Below, piece by piece: positions 38,597-51,590 of a stretch of 64,000 nucleotides of DNA. A model generated the notes under the pieces. That model had not been told where the DNA came from and searched no databases. It saw only the letters and a list, made by a program, of their open reading frames with translations. Source of the stretch: Anthoceros angustus (lineage: Eukaryota; Plantae; Anthocerotophyta); assembly GCA_010909165.1 (NCBI GenBank), contig VJWM01000117.1, positions 884,866 through 948,865 on the forward strand, in the 5' to 3' direction. A program made the position numbers and the translations under genes. Each line of letters opens with the position of its first letter. The first letter of the stretch is position 1.

Positions 38597-40637
38597 ATGT
38601 CGGCTGCAATGCGCCTGGCCGCCTTGACGCACCGCGTCGATGCATCGCAGGCGCAATTGCGGTTTTTCACGTCGGCAGGTCTGTCCCTGCTTCCTGAATG
38701 GCATTGTTTCCTTCCCATTGCATCTTCTGAATGGCATTCCTGGTGCTGATTCCCGAATTTGGAGTTGGAATCAGAGCTACAACGAAGTCGAAATGCAATT
38801 TATTAACATTTTGAGGGCCTGCTGCAGGCCTGGGAGCTTCTTGCGTCGTCTGTCAGCACTGCTGGCAGTGCTCCCAGCAGCGGAGCACGCAGACTCAGGT
38901 GCGCAGCTGCTGGGAAGGCCGCAGCATGCCGCTCCCGCAGCAGCCGACACTGGGGGTAGCCCCGCTGCCGCCGGATTCCGACGTGGATGTGCAGCCGTTT
39001 GAGAACATGGAGTGGGCCACAGGGCAGCTCAACGATGTGGGTGAAACGGAAATCTTCCGAGCGGAGCAAGACCACTACGACGGTGTTATTGTGGATCCCG
39101 CATGCTTGCCCGCCGACGCCTCCACTTTCCAACGAATGTTGCAAGCGTCCCTGACTGTCTGGCGGGTTCAGGTAGGAATATGCAGCTAGCGAGCCAGGCA
39201 GGATTGTTTATGCACTTTGGATCATGCGGTTTTTGAGACATTTTTCGTTTGTTTCAGCGGAGAAAGGGAGTTTGGCTGAAATTGCCCACAGAGAATGCTA
39301 ACCTGGTCGCCCCTGCTATCGAGGTTTTGCTGTTACCAAAGTCGTTATGTTGTAGGTCTGAGAGTAGTTGATTCGTTCGTCACTGTAGTTGTGTTTGTGG
39401 GTGTAGGCAGGGTTCGGCTATCACCATGCAGAACCTGCCTATGTGATGTTGACTTACTGGCTCCCGGACAGCCCTTCCACACTTCCTGCGAATGCCTCAC
39501 ACCAAGTTGGTATCGGGGCGTTTGTGATGAATGACAAAGGGGAGGTACGTGGGCATCAGCTTCTGGAATGCAATTTCGTCCTTGCATGCCCTTTGTAACT
39601 AGGAACTGTCGACTTGACAGGTTTTAGCGGTCCAAGAGAAGAATGGGATACTCAAGAACAGTGGATTCTGGAAGATGCCAACCGGCTTGATTAACCAGGT
39701 ACTGTCCCTTTCCCGAGCAGTGCACTGCACTGTTCAGCTCGCTGTGCTTGGAGCTTCTGTTGTAAGGTTGTTTCCTGATGTCTCCCTTCTGATTGCTGCT
39801 GCGAGCTCGTGTTTGCCTTTTAGCCTAGTCCAGGGACGAGTTTGATGTGAATTAGGATCTCTAACTAGAGCGATGATGATGAGTGATGTGAAAGGTTGTT
39901 TGCATGAGGCCGTTGCTCCAAGCCAGCGAGCTGCAGGACGAGTGGGAGCAGCCTTAATGACGGTTCTGCTGTTTGTGCTGTAGGGTGAGGACATTTGGTC
40001 GGGTGCAGTGAGGGAAGTGAAGGAAGAGACTGGGGTAGTGTTCCCTATCCTGGTGTCCTGGTTGCAGCGAGAACGTGATTGAAATCAATCAGAAGATGCT
40101 AATGCTGTGCTGGTCCAAATGCGTGCAGATTGATACTGAATTTGTAGAGGTGGTGGGATTTAGGTGAGAGGATAAACCTCAGAAATACTTGTGCACTATG
40201 GGCCAAGCATTGGCATACACATGCTGGTAGGTCTGATTCAAATACGTTGTTGGTGAAACAGGCAGGGACACCAAGTTGCGTTTGACAAGTCAGACTTGTT
40301 CTTCTTGTGCGTCCTCCGGCCCCTCTCATCGAAGATTGTGAAGCAAGAGTCTGAAATTGCCGCAGCCCAGGTACAAGGCACTAGGTCCATGTGAGTTCCG
40401 ACTTTCCCCACCCTGCCTCATCTAAACCAATGAAGGTCATTTGTGGTGCAGTGGATGCCTATGGAAGAGATCTATGCACAACCTTTAGTTGGCAAAGGAA
40501 AATTCAAGAAAATGCTGGACTTGTGTGTTGCCAGCTGCCAGGGCCGTTACAAGGGGCTGTCTGTCGATAGGTCATCCGCATTCCAGGGCATCTCATTTGA
40601 TTTCTATGCCAGTAGCAGTAGCTTCGACTTGCAGTGA
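38597..40637 (+). CDS. Nudix hydrolase (plant ADP-ribose/NADH pyrophosphatase, NUDT2/8-like) with an N-terminal extension
   Basis: DHYDGVIVD..LQASLTVWR; KGVWLKLP; TLPANASHQVGIGAFVMN; VLAVQEK; WKMPTG; Nudix box GEDIWSGAVREVKEETG; KSDLFFLCVLRPLS; EIAAAQWMP. Confidence 0.93.
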
Positions 40638-41139
40638 ACATCTCCCCTTCCGTGTACCATATTGTATCAGTACCATTAGTCCTGTTGTTAGTGACTGCTG
40701 TAACTACGCTGGAGAACAAGCGTTCCCAACGCTACGTTAATATTGGAACGCTTGTGAATATGTTGGGTCTACCTTTCTTATCGTCCATAAAAGCTCTACA
40801 CCTGGGATTGCAATGTCACATCATGGCCTCCTTTAACCTCGATGGACGAAGCTATGTGCTATGTACTCTTTTTGAGTCTTTGGATGTATATAGTTATTCT
40901 TATTATCTTGTATTCATTTTTTGGTACTTTTTAGCGTGAAATATTATTTTATATATTAATAACTATATAATTATCTAAAGGTTTGATGCCTTGTATGATC
41001 TTCCAATTGGCTTAGAAGGCAAAGAAGATGCCAAAGAATCTTTAAACGGTTAGACTTGATTATGGTTACGACCATAGAATCTTTAGATGGTTAGACTTGA
41101 TTATGGTCTGATCACCACCTGTCCTTACACGTTAAGCGA

Positions 41140-44050
41140 GTTGAAGTCTTGTAAGAAACCAGCGCGAGTTGAAGTCTTGTGCTGATGACCACCTTTCCTT
41201 GCATGTTAAGCGAGTTGAAGTCTTGTAAGAAACCAGTGCGAGTTGTAGTCCTGTATTGATGACCACCTTTCCTTGCATGTTAAGCGAGTTGAAGTCTTGT
41301 AAGAAACAAGTGCGAGTTGAAGTCTAAGTCTTTGTACTAATCACCACCTTCCCTTGAAGTCTTGTACTTTGTACTGATCACCACCTTTCCTTGAATTCTT
41401 GTACTGATCACCACTTTACCTTGAGGTCTTATATTGATCACTACCTTTCCTTGAAGTCTTGAATTGATTACCACCTTTTTTTGAAGTCTTATATTGATCA
41501 CCACCTAGCAAGTTGAAGTCTTGAAACAAGTGCGAGTTGAAGTCGAAGTCTTGTGTTGATCCCCACCTTTCCTTGCACGTTAAGCGAGTTGAAGTCTTGT
41601 AAGAAACTTGAAGCCTTGTAAGAAACTTGAAGCCTTGTAAGAAACTTGAAGTCTTGTAAGAAACAAGTATGAATTGAAGTCTTGTAAGAAACAAGTGCAT
41701 TGCTCATACGACACCTCGCAATAGTGAGAAGAAACTGCGAGGGTTGAAGTCTTCTAAGAAACAAGTGCATTGCTCATACGACATCTCGCGATAGTGAGAA
41801 GAAACTGCGGGGGTTGAAGTCTTGTAAGAAACAAGTGCATTTCTCATACGACACCTCGCAATAGTAAGAAGAAACTGCGGGGGTTGAAGTCTTGTAAGAA
41901 ACAAGTGCATTTCTCATACGATACCTCGCAATAGTGAGAAGAAATTGCGGGGGTTGAAGACTTATAAGAAACAAGTGCATTGTTCATACGACACCTCGCA
42001 ATAGTGAGAAAAAATTGTGGGGATTGCAGTCTTGTAAGAAACAAGTGCATTGCTCATTCGACACCTCGCAATAGTGAGAAGAAACTATACCCTCGCTCAT
42101 ACGACACCTCGGAATAGTGAGAAGAAACTATACCCCCGCTCATACAACACCTCGCAATAGTGAGAAGAAATTACACCCCCGCTCATAACACTTCGCAATA
42201 GTGAGAAGAAATTACACCCCTGCTCATACAACACCTCGCAATAGTGAGAAGAAATTACACCCCCGCTTATATTACGATACCTCGCGCTAGTGAGAAGAAA
42301 CTACACCCCTGCTCATACTACGACAGCTCGCAATAGTGAGAAGAAACTACATCCCCGCTCATAACTACATCCCCGCTCATACGACACCTGGCAATAGTGA
42401 GAAGAAACTACACCCCCACTCATACTACGATACCTCGCAATAGTGAGAAGAAACTACACCCCCATTCACATGAAGACTAAGATTCGAAAGAAACTACACC
42501 CACGCTCGAAGAAACTAGATCAATAGTGAGAAGAAACTACACCCCCACTCCCCGCTCGAAGAAACTAGATCAATAGTGAGAAGAAACTACACCCCCACTC
42601 CCCGCTCGAAGAAACTATACCCCCGCTCATACGACACCTCGCAATGGTGAGAAGAAACTAAACCCCCACTCACCTGAAGATCAAGATTCAGAAGAAACTA
42701 CCCCCCACTTGAAGAAACTACACCAATAGTGAGAAGAAACTACACCAATAGTGAGAAGAAACTACACCAATAGTGAGAAGAAACTACACCAATAGTGAGA
42801 AGAAACTACACCAATAGTGAGAAGAAACTACACCAATAGTGAGAAGAAACTACACCAATAGTGAGAAGAAACTACACCCCACTCCTCGCTCAAAGAAACT
42901 ACACCTGCTCATACAACACAATAGTGAGAAGAAATTACACCCCGCTTATATTACGATACCTCGCTAGTGAGAAGAAACTACACCCGCTCATACTACTGAC
43001 ATTTCGCAATAGTGAGAAGAAACTACATCCCGCTCATAACTACATCCCGCTCATACGACACCGCAATAGTGAGAAGAAACTACACCCCACTCCTACGATA
43101 CCTGCAATAGTGAGAAGAAACTACACCCCATTCACATGAAGACTAAGATTCAAAGAAACTACACCCCACTCAAGAAACTAGATCAATAGTGAGAAGAAAC
43201 TACACCCCACTCCCTCAAGAAACTAGATCAATAGTGAGAAGAAACTACACCCCACTCCTCAAGAAACTATACCCCGCTCATACGACACCTCGCAATGGTG
43301 AGAAGAAACTAAACCCCCACTCACAAGATCAAGATTCGGAAGAAACTACCCCCACTTGAAGAAACTACACCAATAGTGAGAAGAAACTACACCAATAGTG
43401 AGAAGAAACTACACCAATAGTGAGAAGAAACTACACCAATAGTGAGAAGAAACTACACCAATAGTGAGAAGAAACTACACCAATAGTGAGAAGAAACTAC
43501 ACCAATAGTGAGAAGAAACTACACCCCACTCCTCGCTCAAAGAAACTACACCGCTCATACAACACCTCGCAATAGTGAGAAGAGACTACACCCCACTCCC
43601 GCTCAAGAAACTAGATCAATAGTGAGAAGAAACTACACCCCACTCCTCGAAGAAACTATACCCCGCTCATACGACACCTCGCAATGGTGAGAAGAAACTA
43701 AACCCCCACTCACCTGAAGATCAAGATTCAGAAGAAACTACCCCCCACTTGAAGAAACTACACCAATAGTGAGAAGAAACTACACCAATAGTGAGAAGAA
43801 ACTACACCAATAGTGAGAAGAAACTACACCAATAGTGAGAAGAAACTACACCAATAGTGAGAAGAAACTACACCAATAGTGAGAAGAAACTACACCAATA
43901 GTGAGAAGAAACTACACCCCCACTCCTCGCTCAAAGAAACTACACCCCTGCTCATACAACACCTCGCAATAGTGAGAAGAGACTACACCCCCACTCCCCG
44001 CTCGAAGACACTACACCCCCACTCCCCACTCAAAGAAATTACACCCTCAC
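41140..44050. repeat. Compound tandem array: GTTGAAGTCTTGTAAGAAAC units grading into ATAGTGAGAAGAAACTACACC units
   Basis: Three runs of perfect 22-bp CAATAGTGAGAAGAAACTACAC units (about 42724-42880, 43370-43520, 43763-43920) embedded in longer repeated blocks. Confidence 0.92.
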
Positions 44051-44302
44051 TGGCATGTATGCAGAATGTGCTAGTGTAAAGGATTCTTGCAGCGTGTTGG
44101 ACAAACTACCTGCGAGAGGCTAGTTTGGTGATGCTACAAATGTGTGAACGCTGCCTCGTAATATATGGAACCAGACGCTAGCGAGCGCTGTACCATTAGA
44201 TTAAACCTCGGTCGAAGGTTGCCTAAATGCCAGAACCTCAAAAGCTTCCATTCCATCATGACATTCTTTTCCTCCATTTCTTTTTTCTCCATCCCTGAAT
44301 TC

Positions 44303-46725
44303 TGAAAATGTCAGGATTGATTTTCATTCATCATTCAAGCATTATGCACAAATTACTGGTGAAGCGTCAAAGTGTAACCGTCCATTAAGTGACTTTTCGT
44401 ACCTAACCTAGTAAGGGCGAACTGTGCCTACCTTAGGTGCTATGTTATTAATAACACTTCCACTTAGTGCCTAGTATTAGGTCTAAGCTTCTACTTATGT
44501 TAATGTTATTGCTAACTTTTGATAATCTTTTTCGTCCCATATTCATTATATGTTCTTAATGCTTGATGGAGCTGAGTGCCTTCATAAGCACGTCCGCCGT
44601 CATCTATTCTGTTGGGCCGTATAAAATGATAAACTTGCCTTCATCGACTACTTGTCGTCTAATGTGGAATTGTACTTCCAGATGCTTTGTCCGAGCGTGG
44701 AACTTCGGATTATATGTAAGCGTGATAGCACTTTAATTGTCGCAATAAAGTGGCCTAGGAATCCTCTGGGTCTCTCTCATAACTCTGAAAGTTGAAGGAG
44801 TTGCCAGAGTCCTTCCTTGCATGCATGAGTGAGTGAGCAATACTCAGCCTCGGTTGAGTTGAGCACCACTACCTGCTGCCGCTTGCTATTCCAGCTTGTT
44901 CTTGTGCCTCCAAGTAGGTATATGTAGTTGCTTGTACTCTTTCTGTCGTCGATGTTATCGGCCTAGTCGATGTCACTAAAACCTTCAAGTTGTAGAGGCT
45001 CTCCTTGATTAATATGTGATTGGTAAAGCAACCCTAGGTCCAGAGTTGTTCTGAGGTATCAAAATATCCTCTTAATTTCCTTCCAACGAGCTTGGGTAGG
45101 AGATGACAGGAACTGTGATAGAGCTCGCACTGAAAAGGATAAGTCTCGTCTAGTGCAAACCATAAGGTACATAAGACTACCTATGGCTGAAGAGTAAGGA
45201 AGAGTATGTGCTGTTCCACCAGTGGGTCTGGCTATTGGGACTAGGGGGTTGCCTAGGCGCCCCACATAGCCCCAAAATTTGCATTCTTTGAGGATGTTTG
45301 TAATTATGAATTTCCATACATAAAAGTTTTGCTGCTAACCGTCGAATTTGTCCTCTTTGGATAGGCTTTAAACGCTGGAAAAGATGGTGGATTTGGTGCT
45401 CAAGAGGCTAAATGCCATATTTCTGAGGGTACAGGAGATGTCCAGTTGCATGGTAAGGAGAACTCTGCAAGTTCTTTATAGAAATTTTATGTGGGCAGAA
45501 GGCCGATCTAGGTTAGTGAGTTTTCCTATGACTGAATTCTGTACTTCTTCTATTTCGTGTGTAGATGGCAGCCTGAAAAGGTTATGTTGTCGGCATAAGG
45601 AGTTAAAGCAAGAGAGGATTTGCTCTTTGACATCGTTTAGGGAAATAGGGGCAATTATGTCTAGGCAGGTGGTGTTGCATGAGGTAAGTACTTGCATTCA
45701 TATGAGCAGTTCCTCAACAGACAACCAAGAAAACAAATCAAATATGCAAATATAGGTGCAAATCAATAACAATAGGTGAGAGTAGCTCACACGTCGTGAC
45801 ACACACACACTCTCCCCACGAGAACAACATGCAAATTCCTCACACATCGCTCTCAGAGTCATAGCCTTGGCCTCCTCACAACACTCTTGTATTGCATACT
45901 TAGAGAACAAGCTATGATCTAAGCTTGTCCTCTGTGAAAGGGTCTATATATACTAGCCTTTAGCATCGGCATATTCCTAAGATATCCTATTGGCATAAGC
46001 ATATGCCAGAAATATCCTAAGAATATACTATAATATGCAAGGAATATGCTAAAGCATATTACTTGCGCTTATCCACTTAGCTATTGCTAACCATGTTTAA
46101 TCAACGCTTAATTGACATAAGCACTTTAGATTAATTAATACTAATTACTTACTTAAAATAAGTAATTAGATTAATCAATACAAATCAAACACTAAACCCA
46201 AGTGTAGAGATTAATGTTACACGCATGACAATGGTGAACTCTTTCTTCATTGTTGATAGACTAGGTATTCAACCTGAATGTATGATTAATCATACTCGTT
46301 GGGGTCTACATGCCCACTTTGGGTGATCTCTTTTGCTATTAGTAGTAATACGCTACAGGTTGTGATCCAGCCGTAATGCCAAAGGTTCTCTATTGCTTCC
46401 TTAAGGAATTGTTGTTCTCTGTGGAATTTGCGCCATTCAAGGTACTCAGCTACTTGCATGCCTTTCTTTCAAGGCGCCAGCGCCTCTTGTCACTTGGCAT
46501 TGGAATGCCGTGGGCAGGGCATGGTGGTTTGACTGGATTGGTGCTCAGGGAGGCGAAGCTCCTGCTCTGATACGATGAAAATGTCAGGATTGATTTTCAT
46601 TCAGCGTTCAAGCGTTATGTACAATGGTGAAGTGTCAAAGTGTAACCGTCATTAACGTGACTTTTCGTATCTAACCTAGTAAGGGCGAACCGTGCCCTAA
46701 CTTAGGCGCTATGTTATTAATAACA
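44303..46725 (-). mobile_element. Non-autonomous Ty1/copia LTR retrotransposon (2.4 kb, internally deleted)
   Basis: LTRs at 44303-44456 and 46576-46725 (TG...CA ends). TSD AATTC at 44298-44302 and 46726-46730. PBS tcgtatcagagca (tRNA-iMet type) at about 46563-46575. gag KFDG..NFYVWKF..L..FWGYV; RT PYSSAIGSLMYLMVCTRRDLSF; RNaseH LEGFSD..DDRKSTS..NSTEAEY. Confidence 0.95.
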
Positions 46726-48249
46726 AATTCTTTTGCTTCAGCACTGACTTCTTTTCCTCGATCCTTGTGTGGCCTCGGTGGTAGGATCAATACTATGATC
46801 TATCCGATAGCTTACAAGAGTGTAAGAGTGTGGCCCCAATGATAGGATCAATACTAGAATCTCTCGTCTAGAGCTCGGCTCACCCCTACTCATAGGGACA
46901 CTTACTTCATTCCTAAGGTAGTCTGCTTGCTCATAGAGACTAGGGGGAAAAAGGAATGAGCAAGCCGTGGGTATAGCTCATGGAGACCAGGGGAGGAAAG
47001 AATGAGCAAGCCGTGAGTCTGTAGTTGTAGTTTTGAACATTTTGGGTTTGAAGAAGAAACTAGTTTTGAATATTTTGGGTTCCGAAAAGTAGATTGGAAT
47101 ATTTTGGGTTCCAAGAAGAAAGTCTTTCAGGGCTATGGGTTTGTAGCTGTACTTTTAAACATTTGGGTTCCAAGACGAAGGGGATGTGGGTTTGTAGCTG
47201 TAGTTTTGAACATTTTGGGTTCCAAGAAGAAAGTTCTTCAGACATCATTTCCTTCAGGCATTACTGAGAGCAAAAACGTGTAGCCAGTCCTTAAGGCATC
47301 GTTTCTTACAGGTAGCATCTATCGTCACCTTTCCTCTCTTACATCCTCCTTCCAGAAACGTTCATTTTGACACCATTACACTTCAACACTTTAGGTTCCA
47401 AAACCAACCAGTAGCCTGGAGCAAAAGAATCGAAGCGGGAAGTGTGTTGGACACATACGTGAAACTCCTTTCCTGTCAAGGCCTCAGCATCCGGAGAAGT
47501 AGCCTGGATTCCTGCAAATCGGTCCAACATCCAGAATTCCATGACCGACTGGCTGCAGGGGAGGTGGGTAACTAACCTGCAGCATCGCGGAAACTGGCAC
47601 CCTCATTAGCTTCTCCGGTGGCACAGGCTGGGCTCCGTCTTCCTGCGCACCGTGGCGCGAAAGGAGAGCGCCGTTTCTCCATGCTTTCTTGGCAGTTGCC
47701 AGGAACACAATGCTCAGCTCAGCCTGTTGCCACTGTTGCTGCTTCTGCCGCGTTTTGGCAGATGAGCATTGCGGGCATGCCTGCCGCCATCGCCATTTTC
47801 GCCGCCGCTGTTCCTCGCTTGCGTGCCTGCTTCTAGAGCAATCAGGCTTCCACAGCAAGCCAAGTGGCTTGCACACATCAAGCTTCCACAGCACGCCAAG
47901 TGGCTTGCAGACAATGAGCCAAGCAGACTTCCAACTTGTCCTGGCCTGTCCACTGTTCGGATTCATATGAGGGTGCCTGTAGAGGACCCAAGCTGCTTGC
48001 GTGGTGAGGACACTCTTCTTTCCTTGGAAAATGCTTCAACAGGTGGAAAGCTCCTTCTTCCGAACCCTTGGAGTGTGAAGAGGGTTTCAACCTCTCGGGG
48101 TGTGAAATGGGCACCTCTCGGTTTTGAGGAGAGGTTGGAACTTCATGGGAGAAAGTCGTAGTAGCTATGGCGGACATGAGCATTACCGTGGCTAGAATGG
48201 CGACAGCATCAGTTTCAACTCGCAAGCGACGAGGGCCAAGTCCCACAGG

Positions 48250-48960
48250 CTTTGCATATGCCGCTACATCGGGCAGAAAGGGATGAAGCTCGATAGGATC
48301 CCTCAGATCCAGCGAATGCAGTCTCTGGCCTGGAGCAAAAGGTCTTTTTGCATGTAACTTAAGCAGCAGCACAAACTCGACAAGGATCGTGGTTGTGACA
48401 GCATTCATGAACGGGACAATCCCTGACATTCCGTACAAGCAGCCTGAAAAAGCCGCACCCAACGGTCCTTCTGTCCCGTAAAAGTGGATCTAAGTAATAA
48501 AGGGTGTAACAGACCTTGCTCCAAGCTCCTAGCCTATTCCACAACAACAGAACTAGTCATGACACTGCATCCTGAATCCCAAAAAGCTTCCTGCCACAGG
48601 CCCTCTGGATCGAATATCCCGCTATCATGGCATTCATGTCACCACATCCTCTAAATTCACCAAGTGTGTCGAACAGAATCTGGGCATCGTGGAGGCGGCC
48701 ACATTTTGCATACATGTTAACCAAGCTATTGCCAAACCCACATCAATCTGAATTTCGGGTAATCCCATATGTTCATGAAGGCTGCTGCTTCCCATTCTCC
48801 AAAGATGCGAGAGTCACACTTCAACATGCCTGTATGAGGCACACAAATGTTACAGGATTGGGTGCCACCATTCCTCCTTCCATGGCACTAGTTTGTAGAG
48901 ATGAAGCGCTTACTTGCCCATTGTGTCAGAACCGCGGTATAAACTTGGAGGAGTTTCTTT
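48250..48960 (-). pseudogene. PLS-class PPR gene relic
   Basis: PVTFVCLIQAC..SLASLENGKQ; GNSLVNMYAKCGRLHDAQILFDTL; VT-NAMIAGYS; frameshifted. Confidence 0.75.
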
Positions 48961-49739
48961 TTCATCTACCCCTCTACTTCAACCTATATGGAAGAGCGTA
49001 GCTAAAGAAAGACATTATAAATACATTATTCAGAGAAAATAGTGGATATTAGTTTTAATATATAAAGGATTATATTATATAGATTATTTTATTTTATTTA
49101 GTATTTCAATATATATTCAATAAATTGGTATAGAGCAAAGCACTATGTAAATCATATGGGAATAGGGTCAAGAAGGAAGTATAAACGTGCTTAACAATAC
49201 ATATTTTTGGTGAATGATGATTGCATACTATTAAATAAGAAGAAATCTAGCGCAAAGTTGTGTAAAGCAAAATAGTAAGGCCTCAAATCATCCAAGGGAG
49301 CATAACATCATTTGCTCATTTGCATAGATCAATTTTTAGAGGTATTCACATTGCCCACCTTGAAAATATGAATGTAGACAGATCATGAATTTGTCACATT
49401 CTCACCTTCTGATTCTTCAAGAAGAGCAAGCCTAAGATGAATTTGGATATTCTTATTCTTTGAGAAGAGCAAGCCTAAGATGAATTTGGATATTCTGATT
49501 CTCTGAGAAGAGCAATCCTAAGATGAATTCGGATAGTTTAGGCATAATTGGTACAAATTGATATAAGGAATAGCTCGTGGTTGAGATGAATAGTCCAAAT
49601 TTGAGAGTCCAGAGATATTCTCACACAAATGAATAGTCCAGAGATGTTCGCACACAGTCGGATCTAGAAAGGGTTTCTATGTGCTTTTTCCTTTTAGAAT
49701 AGAGAGTTCAAGTCAAGATGTAATGGCGTGGTCATTGTA

Positions 49740-50175
49740 TCATTCCACAATTAAGTGTCCTTTAGACGGTTTAGTACTTGCATGGGGTTAGCTTGATGGG
49801 TAGTTCATTGGAACTCCACAATTAAGTGTCAACTTTAGACGGTTCGTACTTGCATGAGGCCAGCTTGATGAGTAGTTCATTGGAACTCCACTATTAAGCG
49901 TCCTTTGGACGGTTGGGTACTTGCATGGGGCTAGCTTGATGAGTAGTTCATTGGAACTCCACAATTAAGTATCATTTGGACGGTTTGGTACTTGCATGGG
50001 GCCAACTTGATGAGTAGTTCATTGGAACTCCACAATTAAGCATCCTTTGGACGGTTCATTACTTGGATGGGGCTAGTTTGATGGGTAGTTCATTGGAACT
50101 CCACATGGGGTCAGCTTGATGGGTAGTTCATTGGAACTCCACAATTAAGCGTCTCTTGGACGATTCGGTACTTGG
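49740..50175. repeat. ~62-bp tandem repeat (..GTAGTTCATTGGAACTCCACAATTAAG..GACGGTT..TACTTGCATGGGG..), about 7 copies
   Basis: Visible directly in the sequence. Confidence 0.9.
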
Positions 50176-50319
50176 ATGGGGTGCCATCCATCCCAAGCTT
50201 GATAGCTCTGCCTGTTACAAGCATCATGCCCTCATCTCCACAATGTATGAAGTCACCAATTGTGAGTGCCCTACAGAATTATTATTCCAGATCAAATCCC
50301 AGTGCTTTATATTCCAGGA

Positions 50320-51075
50320 TATATACTTTGAAATATCTATAAAGAATGCGAGTGCGGCACTCTGAATGTATACTTTCAAATATCTATACAATCTCAGAAT
50401 GCACTAAAAAAAGGTGACATGACAAGTAAACAAGGTGACATGACATGAGGGATGTATACTTTCAAATATTTGTAAAGAATCTGAGTGCGGGACTTGGATG
50501 TATACTTGGCACTCTTGATGTATATTTTCAAATATTTGTAAAACATCTGAGTGTGTGTGGGACTTGGATGTATACTTGGCACTTTGGATGTATACTTTTG
50601 AATATCTATAAAGTCTCAGAATTCACTAAAAAAAGGTGACATGACAAGTACAAAAAAGGTGACATATGACATGAGCGATGTATAATTTGAAATATCTGTA
50701 AAGAGTCTGAGAGAGGGACTTGGATGTATACTTTCAAATATCTTTAAAGTCTCAGCATTCACTAAAAAAAAAGGTGACATGACATGAGGGTCCACCTTGC
50801 ACTTCAACACTCCCAGCGAACACGATATTTGCCTTGAAATATGGAAAGGATAAAGTCAAGTGTGCTCGTACCATGTTTGCCTTGCGGGACTTGGATGTAT
50901 ACTTTCAAATACAATCTATAAAGTCTCGCATTCACTAAAATAAAGGTGACATGACATGAGGGTCCATCTTACACGTGAACACTCCTAGGGAACACGATAT
51001 TTGCCTTGAGAGACTGAAAGGATGAAGTCAAGTATGCTCGTACGATATTTACCTTGAAAGACTGGGAAGGATGAA
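50320..51075. repeat. Degenerate tandem repeats (GGATGTATACTTTCAAATAT / AAAGGTGACATGACATGAGGG)
   Basis: Both motifs recur 4-8 times. Confidence 0.8.
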
Positions 51076-51404
51076 ATCAAGTGTACTTGTCCTCCCTTTG
51101 AAGCTGAAGCTGACATCCAAATATGCATTAAAAATCCTTGAGACGATAATCCTTAGGGCGGGTTTACACTATGACCGGGGTTTCAGTGCCACGAAGCACT
51201 GACCACCGGCCGGTTGTGCATCATTCTGACACATGGTGACAAGGATGTGAATGTCATTTACTTGTACACTTGACCAGTTAACTTGATTTTTTGACATCCC
51301 GTTCCGCTCTTCATGGTACAAGATAAATTATTTACATCATGAGGTTACGTGATTCACGAAGGTAAACTCTTCATAATCCCCGCATTTAGAGGGGCATTGC
51401 CGCA

Positions 51405-51590
51405 AGCTTGTCACTCCACGCCTGCTCGGTCCTCTCAGAACCTTGTCACCCACGCCTGCTGTCCTCTCAGAACCTCACCCACGCCTGCTCAGTTGTCCTC
51501 TGTAACCTTGTCACTCCACGCCTGCTCGGTCCTCTCAGAACCTTGTCACTCCACGCCTGCTGTCCTCTGTAACCTTGTCACTCCACGCCT
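51405..51590. repeat. ~33-bp tandem repeat (ACCTTGTCACTCCACGCCTGCT..TCCTCT)
   Basis: Visible directly; about 5-6 copies. Confidence 0.88.

Noticed and set aside
41140-44050. CRISPR-like array of near-identical short repeats
   Set aside because: No unique spacers, the units are contiguous, there are no cas genes, and the context is eukaryotic with introns.
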